Assembly: GCA_903840165.1 (NCBI GenBank)
Contig: CAIMEY010000121.1
Span: 68,738-132,737, forward strand
Origin: an uncultured Myxococcales bacterium
GTDB taxonomy: Bacteria > Myxococcota_A > UBA9042
DNA length: 64,000 nt
Reading direction: 5' to 3'
Shown here piece by piece: positions 19,655 through 29,750 of the stretch (its first letter is position 1; every line of letters begins with the position of its first letter). A program made the position numbers and the translations under genes. The notes under the pieces are model-generated. The model was not told the origin of the DNA, did not search any database, and worked only from the letters and a program-made list of their open reading frames with translations.

Positions 19655-20635
19655 GTGCAAGACCCGTCGCCAACTACTTCCGCTCCTGGCCAACAGCCCC
19701 CACGCCGGCCTCGCGCGGCGATCAACGTCGACATCGATGGCCTCTACCTTTACGACCGCATCCACGGTCACGCCGGAGCGTCGGGAAATACAGCGGATTT
19801 TTCCGCTGCCAGCCATGATGCGACCGTGTGGACCAAGGGCGTGACGCGATTTCTCGACCTCTTCGCGCGGACCGGCATTCAAGCGACCTTCTTTGTGGTG
19901 GCGCAGGATCTGGAAAACCCGGAAGTTCAAGCGGTTTTGCGCGACTTGGTCGCAGCTGGCCATGAGATTGGCAGCCATAGCCTGACCCATCCCTATGACC
20001 TATCGCGGCGACCGGCGGCGGAGATTGTCAACGAATTAACCAGTGCTCGGGCGAAGTTGCAAGATGCCACGGGGCAAGCAGTAACTGGGTTTCGTGCGCC
20101 GGGCTACGTCCTATCGACGCCTCTGCGCCTGGCCATCGCCGATGCAGGCCACGCCTGGGACAGTTCGCGCTTTCCGTGTCCGGCCTATCAAGCTGCGAAA
20201 TTGAGTGCAATTACGCTGTATCACCTGCTCGGACGGCCCAGCGGCAGCGTCGCCGAAACGCCCGACATTTGGCTGGGACCGCGCACGCCCTACGTGGACC
20301 GGTTGCCCGATGGCCGGGCCCTGCTTGAGATGCCCATTGGTGTAATACCGCGGATTCGTTGGCCTCTTATCGGCACGTCGCTGATCATGGCGGGCCTGCC
20401 CGGGTGGTTGGCGCTGCGGCCCCTCACCCGCACTATGGATTGGTTCAACTTCGAGTTGCACGGCATTGACCTGACCGACCACGAGGCCGACGGCATCCCA
20501 GACCGCCTGAAAACACAGCCAGATCAATGGATTGCGCTGCGACGCAAGTGGCCGCTTCTGGTGCGCGTCTGCGAAGATCTACGTCAAAGTCATGACATCC
20601 GCACCCTTGGACAGTGGGCGGAAAGCGAAATCTAG
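19655..20635 (+). CDS. Polysaccharide deacetylase (CE4/NodB fold)
   Basis: NVDID, ATFFVV, GHEIGSHSLTH, GFRAPG, WDSS. Confidence 0.88.
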   Translation: MQDPSPTTSAPGQQPPRRPRAAINVDIDGLYLYDRIHGHAGASGNTADFSAASHDATVWTKGVTRFLDLFARTGIQATFFVVAQDLENPEVQAVLRDLVAAGHEIGSHSLTHPYDLSRRPAAEIVNELTSARAKLQDATGQAVTGFRAPGYVLSTPLRLAIADAGHAWDSSRFPCPAYQAAKLSAITLYHLLGRPSGSVAETPDIWLGPRTPYVDRLPDGRALLEMPIGVIPRIRWPLIGTSLIMAGLPGWLALRPLTRTMDWFNFELHGIDLTDHEADGIPDRLKTQPDQWIALRRKWPLLVRVCEDLRQSHDIRTLGQWAESEI

Positions 20636-20799
20636 GGGCGCATTTGCGGGCGCCCAGGCGATTAGGCCAGGGCGATGCACCCGAGAGCCCGAGAAGCATT
20701 CGATATTTGCCGAACCTGACGCTCCACCTTGGCCGCGTCCATCAGACTCAGCAACCACAACGCGCGTGATGCCCTGCGGGGACAACGCCGGGAGAACCC

Positions 20800-21264
20800 A
20801 TGGCAACTGCACTGGAAAATGAACTGACCGAACAGCTTAAGGTCAGCATGAGGGGCGGGGACAAGATCGCCACGGCCGCCATTCGCATGGTCCGCACCAA
20901 GATCATGGAAAGGAGAACGGCGAAGAATGCTCCTGAAATTACGGATGAATTGGTGGTAGACACCATCCGCAACTATGTCAAGGTGTTGCAAGGCTCCATC
21001 GAAGAGCTCAAGGCCGGTGGTGCCAGCGACGATGAAGACAACCTTGCGCAAATGCGCGTAGAAATCAAGTACTTAGACCGATTCCTGCCGCGGATGATGG
21101 ACGAGGCCGAAACGGCGGCCTTAGTCGACAAGATCCTGGCGGAAAACGACATCACGGATCCGAAGAAGGCGGGCCAAGCGACGGGCCTAGTCATGAAGGA
21201 TTACAAGGGCAAAGCCGATCCCGGCCTGGTTTCACGCTTGGTCAGGGCCAAGCTGGGCGCCTAA
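20800..21264 (+). CDS. GatB/YqeY domain protein
   Basis: LKVSMRGGDK..TAAIRM, EIKYLDRFLP, MKDYKGKADPGLVSRLV. Confidence 0.9.
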   Translation: MATALENELTEQLKVSMRGGDKIATAAIRMVRTKIMERRTAKNAPEITDELVVDTIRNYVKVLQGSIEELKAGGASDDEDNLAQMRVEIKYLDRFLPRMMDEAETAALVDKILAENDITDPKKAGQATGLVMKDYKGKADPGLVSRLVRAKLGA

Positions 21265-21388
21265 TTTTCGCGGCCCAAGCACCAACGCACTGTGCCCAGA
21301 GGGCCCATTGGCGGCGCAGTGGGGCTCAAGAACGCGTTTTGACAGGCTGAACAGCCGTTCCCACAGGGTAGCCTGGCGCGCTTGCATC

Positions 21389-21450
21389 GCGTGGCTCGGG
21401 CTGGGCGGGTGCGTGGCTCGGGCTGGGCGGGTGCGTGGCTTTGGCTGGGC
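21389..21450. repeat. 22-bp tandem repeat GCGTGGCTCGGGCTGGGCGGGT x ~2.8
   Basis: Two exact copies (21389-21410, 21411-21432) plus a degenerate partial copy, between convergent genes. Confidence 0.85.
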
Positions 21451-21488
21451 CGGGGTCTTATTGCGCAATGGCGGGCGTGCGTGAATTC

Positions 21489-22637
21489 CTACCAGCCGCT
21501 GCCGTCGGTTTTTTTCCCCTTGCTTTTCTGGTCTTTGCGCATCTTGCGGGTCGCCGCTATGTCGGCCCTGGGCGCTTCCAAGGCCCCCGCCGTGCAGGTG
21601 CGTGGGCGAGGCTGTCCAACCAAGTCGCGGTGAGCGTCGCGATCGTCGCAGCTGCCGCGGTCGATGGCGGGAGAGCCTTTTTGTGGTCGGTACTTTTCGA
21701 CGTCGACCAGGTTGAACTCGGGCAAGGCGCGAATGGTCTGCAAATCCGTTGGAATAAAGGCGATATTGCCGTAAACCACCGATCGCGAAATGCCCACACG
21801 CTCGGCTTCGAGGCGATTGACGCGGATGGCGTCGGGCGAGCCGAGCAAGATGCTGGACTCCACGCGGCCTTGGGTCAGTCCGACGCCGTGGGGCTCAAAA
21901 ACGATCGCGGCCCCGGTGTTGTAGGCGATGGTGCTCGCGGTCACCTGCAGGTGGGCGTTATCGGCAACGCGGACGGCGCCATCGACGTTGGCTTGCACCA
22001 GGTTTTCCACAATCAAAGTCGAGACTAAGCGCGCCTGCACGGTACCGGTGAGGTCCAGGGCAACGCCTCCTTGCGCAGTATTGCCGGTCACGCGCACGGC
22101 GATCAGGTCGAGTTGTCCGGCCGACGCGGCGATGGCCCCGCCGCCCTTGGCTGTGGCGCGATTGCCCATCAACCAGGCATTGTGCAAGGTTAAATGCGCA
22201 CGTTGGCTCAGCAAAATGGCCCCGCCGGTGGTCGCAGTGCCGTGGGTCAGCGTGACGTTGTCCAAGGTGAGGTCGACGCCGTCCTGCGGCATGGTCAGGA
22301 TACGGCCTTGGTTGCCAGCATCGAGGATGGCCCTCTCCTTATCGATGCCGCGGACCGTGGCCGACTGCGTCGCAACTAGGCGCGCGCCTGTGTAAATTCC
22401 GGCGTGCAGGCAGATGACCGGACGGTCCCTGCGGTCCATGGCGTGCTGCAGGGCGGCGGTGTTGCCATCGGCCTTGAGCGTCACGGTGCACGCCGCAAAC
22501 GCATGTGAAGGCTTTGTAATCCCGAGGCAAATGGCCAGGACAAAAAGAACTGCAAAGCCCTTGAAGGCGTTGGTGCGGCGCCCTGGGTGAAACCAGGGGT
22601 CCGGACGCAAATTTCTGAAATTACAAAACTCTAGCAT
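21489..22637 (-). CDS. Secreted right-handed beta-helix protein with a choice-of-anchor Q-like C-terminus
   Basis: Signal peptide, GGAI/N-x-A repeats, GSPAIDRG...DLVGQPR...GALE motif; start uncertain. Confidence 0.75.
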   Translation of the reverse strand: MLEFCNFRNLRPDPWFHPGRRTNAFKGFAVLFVLAICLGITKPSHAFAACTVTLKADGNTAALQHAMDRRDRPVICLHAGIYTGARLVATQSATVRGIDKERAILDAGNQGRILTMPQDGVDLTLDNVTLTHGTATTGGAILLSQRAHLTLHNAWLMGNRATAKGGGAIAASAGQLDLIAVRVTGNTAQGGVALDLTGTVQARLVSTLIVENLVQANVDGAVRVADNAHLQVTASTIAYNTGAAIVFEPHGVGLTQGRVESSILLGSPDAIRVNRLEAERVGISRSVVYGNIAFIPTDLQTIRALPEFNLVDVEKYRPQKGSPAIDRGSCDDRDAHRDLVGQPRPRTCTAGALEAPRADIAATRKMRKDQKSKGKKTDGSGW

Positions 22638-23044
22638 CCGTCCCCTTGTTGGCTGCGACGCCCGACGCCACCCCGCAAATCGAAGGCAGCCGCGCGGGCA
22701 AAGCTACCATGGCCGCATGCGCGACCGCAAATGTCTCGGCCGGGCGATTGTGGATGCAAATCAAGGATCAAGCCAGCCGCAGCAGGGCACGCCCCGGCAA
22801 GGGCCCCAGCTGGTGGAAGCGCCGCCGCAACGCTGGCTTGGCCCTCAGTTGGCAGCTGCGCCCGAGTCTTGACCCGTGCGCCAAAGCGCTGAGCTTGCTA
22901 CAGTATCCCGGCGAACCGGTTGGCTCGCCGAAGGTCGCAGCCTTGGGCCTGCGGGATCGGGACTTCATGAACAATGACAAGGCCTTGCCCCACTCTTCCC
23001 AGCCGTTCTTGCCCGAGCCCCCGTGCCACACGCCGAGGTGATGG

Positions 23045-24400
23045 ATGCCCGTGAACAGCCGAATTCAGTCGCAGGGGGCAAAGCCCGAGGCGTCTCGCCG
23101 CGATCCGGGTGAGAAACCGCCGACTTGGCTCTTGCCCGATCTGACCATGCCCCAAAGCGACACGCGGACTGTCCGACGTGTGCTCAGCGGCTGGCTCAGT
23201 CAACTAGCCCAGTCCTTTCTGCGTCTTCCGCTGGCCGTGCTCCTGCCGAGCAACCGGGCCCTGTACCAAGCGACGGCGGCGCTGTACGGCGATTTGCTGC
23301 GGCGGCAGCCCAATGCGGTGGCGCTGTGGCGCTGGCCCACGCTCAACGCGCCCATGCACTGTTTGCGGAAGGAACTGGCTAAGACTGCGGATCAACAGAT
23401 AGATCGCACGGCCGTCAATGCCTGGCTGCGCGAGGTGTGCAGCTTGCTGCTGCTCGAGCTTGGGGGCCAAGGTCTGCTGCCGGAGCCGCTGCGTCTGGGC
23501 CCTGACGCGCAGGGTCAATGGCCGGTGCTGCGGTCGCCGGGCCTGGGGCTGCTGATTGCGGCCAATGACCGGACGCGAACCATTGAAATTTCTAATTATT
23601 TTTTTGCTTTGCGGGGCGATTCAGCGTCCCAATCGGTTGACTTGACCCCAACGGCGCCGCGCATGGACGGACCGCTAGCGCACTGCGCAAACCCGTATCA
23701 TGAAGTGGAGCCCGGCCTGTACCTCGCGGAAACAGACAACAATCCCCTATCCGACTTTGAGGCGCACCCGGACAAGCAAGGCAACCGCCTGGACTTGGGT
23801 GGACGACCGGTTGCCCAGTGGCTCGACAGCATCCGCGCTTCCTTGGCACTGATCGATCGCTATCTGCCCGTACTAGGTCAGGAATTTCGCCTAGTCATGC
23901 GTGTGCTGGTGCCCGTGGGTTGGCATGATACGCAGCACCTCTCGGCCAGTTATCAAGAGGCGATCGGTCAGTACTACCTGACTTTGCACCCGAACTGCAT
24001 GACGATGACCGAGGCCATCATCCATGAGTTTCAGCACAACAAGCTCAATGCCGCCTTTCACCTCGATCCCTTGCTGCGAAATGCTTGGAATCCCCTGTAT
24101 ACTTCACCAGTTCGCCCCGATCCGCGGCCTCTGCATGGGGTGATTCTCGCTGTGCACGCTTTTCAGCCCGTGGCGCTGCTCTACGCGCAGATGCTGGAGG
24201 CGGGAGATCCGCTGGCGAAAAATGCCTATTTTCTTGAGCGTTTTCGGGCGGTCCTCCAGGTCAACCGCAGTGGAGCCGAGGTGGTGATCAGCCACGCACA
24301 GCCCACTGCCGTGGGTGAGCTGTTCTTTGCCGAGATGTGTCAACTAAATGATATTATGGCTGATTATCAAGAAAAGACGGCAGAGCCGCAAGTGTTTTGA
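23045..24400 (+). CDS. HExxH-motif peptide-modification protein (aKG-HExxH type)
   Basis: HLSASY, IIHEFQHNKLN, YTSPVRPDPRPLHGVILAVHAF; start uncertain. Confidence 0.85.
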   Translation: MPVNSRIQSQGAKPEASRRDPGEKPPTWLLPDLTMPQSDTRTVRRVLSGWLSQLAQSFLRLPLAVLLPSNRALYQATAALYGDLLRRQPNAVALWRWPTLNAPMHCLRKELAKTADQQIDRTAVNAWLREVCSLLLLELGGQGLLPEPLRLGPDAQGQWPVLRSPGLGLLIAANDRTRTIEISNYFFALRGDSASQSVDLTPTAPRMDGPLAHCANPYHEVEPGLYLAETDNNPLSDFEAHPDKQGNRLDLGGRPVAQWLDSIRASLALIDRYLPVLGQEFRLVMRVLVPVGWHDTQHLSASYQEAIGQYYLTLHPNCMTMTEAIIHEFQHNKLNAAFHLDPLLRNAWNPLYTSPVRPDPRPLHGVILAVHAFQPVALLYAQMLEAGDPLAKNAYFLERFRAVLQVNRSGAEVVISHAQPTAVGELFFAEMCQLNDIMADYQEKTAEPQVF

Positions 24401-24431
24401 CCGCGTCACAGTGGGGCGGTACGGTGTAGGC

Positions 24432-26888
24432 ATGAAGGATTTGAACCGACCACGCCCGGTCCCAAGATTGACCTCGCTGCACGAGCGAAGACCGCAGGGG
24501 CCATATTATCGTTTATTACTGAGCAGTTTGCTTGGTGGACTCCTAGTCGTGGTCACGGCCTGTGGGGCCAGCAAGCCACCCTACAATGGGCCCTTGGCGC
24601 TGGCCGATGCTGCGGGAGATATGGCCGGGCAAGCTAGCGAAACTACAGTAGATACCGTCGAGATTGGCGACGACACGGCGGAAGTTCCAAGCGCCGATGT
24701 GACCGCGACCGACAGCAGTGACGTTGGCCAAGAGGACGCACAACCCCTTGATGATCAAGTAGATAGCCAGGACGATGCGCTCGCTAGTGATACAGCGCTG
24801 CCTGTCGACACGGACGATGCGCTGGCAGACGACGCAACGGACAACGACGGCGGCGAATCTGTCAGCGGAGTCTGCAGCTTTGATAAAGATTGCGCAGGGT
24901 TTGCCAACATTGGCGCATGCCAGTTGCTGCGCTGTCTGGGCGGACAGTGCGTTGTGGCCAATCAGGTGGAGGGCACGCCGTGCAGCGCCGCGCAATGCCT
25001 TGATATCAATGGACAACCTGTGTTGTCAGCCCGAGTGTGCAGTGCGGGCGCATGCAGCGACAAGGTGCTCAAAACGTCGTGCTACGACAACTTGGGCTGC
25101 ACCGACGATTCCTGTTCGGTTAGCAAGGGTTGCATCCACACGCCCAACCATGCCGCGTGCGATGACGGCCAAGCGTGTACCAGCGATATCTGTGACGGAA
25201 CAGGCGGTTGCCAACACGGCGCGGCGACCGGCAACTGCAACGACGGTGATCCGTGCACCACCGGGGACAGCTGCCTCAACGGCACATGCCAAGGCACGCC
25301 AGGCAGTTGCCCGTGCACCAAGAACAGCGACTGCAAGACGACCAAGCCGTGCGTGCAATCTGTATGTGAATCAGGGAGTTGCCAGATTCAGTTTCTCACA
25401 TCCTCACTCTGCAGTGACGGCAATGCGTGCACGGGCAGCGACACCTGTACCAGCGATGGCAGTTGCGTGGGGCTGAGCATCGGCTGCGATGACGGCGTCG
25501 ATTGCACCCTGGACCTTTGCGATAACGTGCTTGGTTGCCAGCACTTAGCAGACTCGCTGCAATGTGCTGACGGCAATTCGTGCACCCAGGATAGCTGCAC
25601 CGCCAGTGACGGTTGCACTTTTTCCCCCGTCAGTTCGGGCAGTTGTGACGACGGCAACGCCTGCACCACCGAAGACGTCTGCATCGGTGGCCTTTGTTAC
25701 GGAAACAATAGCGTTTGCAACAAGCCCAGTGCCTGCCAGGCGGCGACCTGCGACCCGGGCACGGGCCTGTGCAAGACCGCCCTCGCCGTCGACGGCGCGC
25801 TGTGCGATGACGCAAACCCATGCAGCGCCAAAGACACCTGCAAATCCGGCAGTTGCGTGGGCCAGCAGAATCCCTGCGACGACCTCAACGCGTGCACGTT
25901 TGACGCGTGCGGCGCCGGCGGCAGTTGCAGCCACAGCCCCCAGGACGGCCCCTGCGACGCCGACGGCAACCAATGCACGCTCGACACCTGCAGCGCCAGC
26001 AAATGTCAGGCAGGGCCAGTGCCGACCTGCAATGACAAAAATCCTTGCACGGTCGATAGCTGCGACCCTGCGAGCGGCTGCGTCGCCAAGGCTTCACCCG
26101 TGGGCACCCCCTGCGGCAGCGGGCTGTGGTGCGGCCAGGGCGGCCAAAAGGGCACCTGCGTCACCGTGCCGGCGATCGCGGGCATGGTCTACGTGCCGGC
26201 GGGCGAGTTCAAGCAGGGGTGCAACAAGCCCGTCGATAACTACTGCAAAACAGACGAGAATCCAGCGCACGTTGTCGATCTAAGCTCCTACTTCATCGGC
26301 AAGACCGAAGTCACAGCGAGCCAATATGCGGCCTGCGTGCAGACAGGCGGTTGCTCGGTGCCAGGCGGCAAGGCCAGCAGCGACGGGACGTACGGGGTCG
26401 CGGGCAAGGAGCAACACCCAGTCAATTACGTAAGTTATAGCCAGGCTGGGGAGTTCTGCGCCTGGAGCGGCGGCCGCCTGTGCACCGAAGCCGAGTGGGA
26501 AATGGCGGCGCGTGGCAGCGATGGGCGCGAATTCCCTTGGGGAAATGGCACGCCTGACTGCGGCCTCGCGATCTTCGCCGGTTGCTCAACCAAGGGCACC
26601 CAACCGGCGGGCAAGGCGGCCAATGGCAGCAGTCCCTACGGTGCACTAGACATGGCGGGCAATGTCCGCGAATGGGTTGGGGATTGGTACGGGGCCGGTG
26701 CCTACGCCGCAGCCGCCTCTGTCAGCCCAGCCAGCAATCCCAAGGGGCCAGTGAGCGGCAGTCAGCGGGTTCTCCGCGGTGGCTATTTTGCCGACAGCGC
26801 TCCGGATTTGCGAACGTCTGGGCGGAGTTTTGCAACACCGAGTACGAGCGCTGCGTCCGTCGGCTTCCGGTGCTGCCGCAATCCGTAG
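24432..26888 (+). CDS. Lipoprotein with an acidic linker, Cys-rich (CxDGNxCTxDxC) repeats and a C-terminal FGE-sulfatase/CLec domain
   Basis: VTAC lipobox; DENPAHVV, KTEVT, RLCTEAEWE.AARG, DMAGNVREW, RVLRGG, VGFRCC. Confidence 0.9.
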   Translation: MKDLNRPRPVPRLTSLHERRPQGPYYRLLLSSLLGGLLVVVTACGASKPPYNGPLALADAAGDMAGQASETTVDTVEIGDDTAEVPSADVTATDSSDVGQEDAQPLDDQVDSQDDALASDTALPVDTDDALADDATDNDGGESVSGVCSFDKDCAGFANIGACQLLRCLGGQCVVANQVEGTPCSAAQCLDINGQPVLSARVCSAGACSDKVLKTSCYDNLGCTDDSCSVSKGCIHTPNHAACDDGQACTSDICDGTGGCQHGAATGNCNDGDPCTTGDSCLNGTCQGTPGSCPCTKNSDCKTTKPCVQSVCESGSCQIQFLTSSLCSDGNACTGSDTCTSDGSCVGLSIGCDDGVDCTLDLCDNVLGCQHLADSLQCADGNSCTQDSCTASDGCTFSPVSSGSCDDGNACTTEDVCIGGLCYGNNSVCNKPSACQAATCDPGTGLCKTALAVDGALCDDANPCSAKDTCKSGSCVGQQNPCDDLNACTFDACGAGGSCSHSPQDGPCDADGNQCTLDTCSASKCQAGPVPTCNDKNPCTVDSCDPASGCVAKASPVGTPCGSGLWCGQGGQKGTCVTVPAIAGMVYVPAGEFKQGCNKPVDNYCKTDENPAHVVDLSSYFIGKTEVTASQYAACVQTGGCSVPGGKASSDGTYGVAGKEQHPVNYVSYSQAGEFCAWSGGRLCTEAEWEMAARGSDGREFPWGNGTPDCGLAIFAGCSTKGTQPAGKAANGSSPYGALDMAGNVREWVGDWYGAGAYAAAASVSPASNPKGPVSGSQRVLRGGYFADSAPDLRTSGRSFATPSTSAASVGFRCCRNP

Positions 26889-26905
26889 TTGGGCCCAAGC
26901 GGCTG

Positions 26906-27694
26906 CTAGAAGGCACCCGAGCGTTCGACCTCAGTGCGCTCCCACTTCCCTAGGATTTGCAAGACTTTGGCCTCGAGCTTGTGCGGATCCATCTTGGCAT
27001 GGGCGCCATCTGCTGGCGCGGAGGCGTGCCCCTCGCCCGCGGGTGCACTGGGCAAGGAAGGCGACGCGGCCCCATCTTCCTCAGCATAAACACGAGCTTC
27101 TGCGGCGCGGGCACGGCGTTCGTGGGCTTCACTGCCGGCTGCATCCTCGTCGCCCCTCTTGCGCTCATTGAGCACAGGAGCCCCAAAACTGCTAGACATG
27201 GACCCGAAATTACTGGGCATTGCTGCGGGGCCAGCGGAGAAGCCTCCGTCTCCGGCTGGGGCCGCGTCCGGCGGTGCAATGTGCGCCACTTCGTGGGCAA
27301 TGACGGCGCGTCCAGAGCGCGAATTGGGATCAAACTCGCCTTGGCCAAAGAAGATATCCTGATCGCCGATGGCAAAGGCCCGCGCGCCCAAGGCCGAAGC
27401 CGCGTCCTGCGCTTTTGTACCGCGGTGGACACGAACGGTGTCTAGGGTTTCCTTGCGAAATCCTTGGCGAACCAGGCGATCGACCAGTTGACTGTCTAGG
27501 CGCGTAGGCACCTGATCGGCCAGCCAGCGCGCACCAATGCTGGCATAGCGATCGGCCACGCCCTGCCCCATGGCCGCCGATTGCGTCGACGCCAACTGCG
27601 CGGCCAGCTTACCGGCATCTCCGCCCTGTTCCAAAGCAATTGCAGCGCCTTGGGCGTGTAGCTGTTCGAGTTCGTCGTCGCGCGGTGTGGCCAT
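26906..27694 (-). CDS. DUF4157 (eCIS core domain) protein
   Basis: VRVH...A..LGARAFAIG..IFF..GEFDP....GRAVIAHEVAH; GGAGG RBS. Confidence 0.85.
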   Translation of the reverse strand: MATPRDDELEQLHAQGAAIALEQGGDAGKLAAQLASTQSAAMGQGVADRYASIGARWLADQVPTRLDSQLVDRLVRQGFRKETLDTVRVHRGTKAQDAASALGARAFAIGDQDIFFGQGEFDPNSRSGRAVIAHEVAHIAPPDAAPAGDGGFSAGPAAMPSNFGSMSSSFGAPVLNERKRGDEDAAGSEAHERRARAAEARVYAEEDGAASPSLPSAPAGEGHASAPADGAHAKMDPHKLEAKVLQILGKWERTEVERSGAF

Positions 27695-28023
27695 AGACAC
27701 CTCCCTGCGGACCACGGTACCACGGCGGGAGGAGGCGCGCCAAGGCACGACGCAGCTTGAACAACAGGCTGGGGCGGTCGCACCCCACGGTCGCTGGCGA
27801 CGGCCTGGGACCGCTGAGGAGCCAACGGTTGACAGCTAAGCCGCAGACGTCAAATGCTATCGCCTGCGCGGGCGTGGCGCACAAGAGGCAGGCAGGCGGG
27901 ACAGCACGAAAATCATGGAGTTGCCTTCAACTCCCAAAGTCGATGCAGGTGCCGGAACGCGCACATGTTGAAAGTATAGGCAACCTGAGGGATTGGGCCA
28001 CAGCCCTGACGAAGGACCGATTC

Positions 28024-28857
28024 ATGACTTGGAACCGCCCCAAGCCCACAGGCCGGCCAACAACGCAAGATTCCAACGTCTTTGCCACGGTGGCGGCGCG
28101 CGCCGTCTCGGACGTGGTGCAGGCCCAGCCGCTGGACCTCGGGCCGGAACCCAAATGGGCTGGCGCTGTGCGGGTTTTGGGGCTGCTGCTGCCCTCGTCT
28201 TGGGTCTGGCTGACCGTCTGCCTGTGGTGGGCCTGGCGCGTTTTGGCGATGTACGCGCGGGGTGAACAGGCAGCGCTGCAGGTGGCGGCTCCGGGATTGT
28301 GGCTGGGCTTGCTGCTAGATGCCATGTTTTTACAGACGTTGTTTGCCACAACACGGCTGCTGGCGGCGCTCAGTGGGAGCGATCGCAATCGGCGCCACAG
28401 CGTGGTGACCTGGACGACCTGGATGATGCTGGTGATCATGGCGTGTTCGGCCATGCTGCGAATTGGTGAACTGGTTCATTGTGCAGTGGAAAGAACGCCA
28501 CCGACCGCTGCGTTTTGGCGGCAGTTGATCGATCAGCCGAGCACGGTCGTGCTGCAGGGGGCCTTTTTCGCCTGCGCCGCGGCAGCCCTGGTCACGGCGG
28601 CCATCGGTCGATACTCGATGAGATGTGACCTGCAAACGGCGTCGGACCTGATGGAGCGCCTGTCGCCGCGCAAAGCGTTGGCCCTGATCGCACTTTCCGT
28701 TCTTCTATCAGCTGTTACGCTGACAGCCTTGGTCCACCAGTCCTGGAGCGCAACGGAAAGTGACCTGCGCAGGACCCCGGAATTGCACGCCATTCGCACA
28801 TTCCAGACAGCGCTAGACCGTCGTGCCCAGCAGCACGCACCGTCGCTTGAGCCCTAG
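28024..28857 (+). CDS. Hypothetical multi-pass membrane protein
   Basis: About 5 hydrophobic segments; AAGGA upstream of ATG 28024. Confidence 0.65.
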   Translation: MTWNRPKPTGRPTTQDSNVFATVAARAVSDVVQAQPLDLGPEPKWAGAVRVLGLLLPSSWVWLTVCLWWAWRVLAMYARGEQAALQVAAPGLWLGLLLDAMFLQTLFATTRLLAALSGSDRNRRHSVVTWTTWMMLVIMACSAMLRIGELVHCAVERTPPTAAFWRQLIDQPSTVVLQGAFFACAAAALVTAAIGRYSMRCDLQTASDLMERLSPRKALALIALSVLLSAVTLTALVHQSWSATESDLRRTPELHAIRTFQTALDRRAQQHAPSLEP

Positions 28858-28995
28858 ACCGGCCCGGGGCGTAGGCATCACGGACGCCAAGGCTGAATCA
28901 GCGCAGAAGGGCGTTGCGATAAGCGACGAATTTCCATGGAGATTCTGAGAAGCAGTACGATTCGCCGAGGAACTCAGCACGATTCGCCGAGTAAC

Positions 28996-29490
28996 TCAGT
29001 GCGCTTCGCAGGGACACTGCCGGGGAACCTGGCTGCGGTGGCTGCGGCAACGTTCGCGCGTCACGTCGCAGCGGGCATTGAGCGCTGGAACTGCGGGATA
29101 TCGCTTAGAAACATTGCAGACGCTGGCTGAGAGGTGGCAACTTTCGCTGGAGCGATTGCACATCTCAAAGCACAGGTCGACGGCATTGTCCGACGCGGCT
29201 ACTGACGCGATTTGAAAGCCGATTTGCATCTGGCGATTGGTTGCGACGTCCACAGTCAGACGGTCCTGCTCGGCTACGGCCGAAATGCCGACGTCGCCGT
29301 CCTTGTCGCCCGAGCAACCGGACAAAAGCAGCCCGAACAACACAGGGATTAGCGCTGCAGGGATTAGCGCTGCAGGGATAAGCGCTGCGGGGACCAACCG
29401 ACGCGACGCCAAGACGGACCCAAGCCCAGACGAACTAGGCTTGTGCGTGGGACAATCTATCTGCAATGTTCGGGCCTTCAACTGAAACAT
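28996..29490 (-). CDS. Small Cys-rich lipoprotein
   Basis: LSGC lipobox after (AALIP)3; 8 Cys in the C-terminal helical region; start uncertain. Confidence 0.6.
   Translation of the reverse strand: MFQLKARTLQIDCPTHKPSSSGLGSVLASRRLVPAALIPAALIPAALIPVLFGLLLSGCSGDKDGDVGISAVAEQDRLTVDVATNRQMQIGFQIASVAASDNAVDLCFEMCNRSSESCHLSASVCNVSKRYPAVPALNARCDVTRERCRSHRSQVPRQCPCEAH
29343..29387. repeat. 15-bp in-frame tandem repeat x3 encoding AALIP
   Basis: CAGGGATTAGCGCTG x2 plus CAGGGATAAGCGCTG. Confidence 0.85.
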
Positions 29491-29750
29491 GCTCGGCGCG
29501 ATGCCTCCCCTATGGGGCCAAGTGTATGCATAGCGGCCCGCAACGGCAAATTGCCCTACTTGCTGCAATCGCGCGTCAGGGGCAGACCGTCCCACTTCTG
29601 GCATCGCCAGCGCCCGCTTGGACCCTAATACGCCTGTAACAACAGGATGATATGCATAGAGCGCGGGTTCAGCAACTTGACGCCCCCTTGAACTAGAGGC
29701 CACAAGGACGGACTATGGTGCGCCCGCGCGCAGTGGGCCCTGGACCTGGC

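Noticed and set aside
22646-23044. ORF in frame with the HExxH gene across a TGA (readthrough or precursor peptide)
   Set aside because: The translation looks non-coding, with no RBS or precursor-like motif; being in frame is expected by chance.
26760-26888. DGR variable region at the CLec C-terminus
   Set aside because: I saw no template-repeat copy and no reverse transcriptase in the window.
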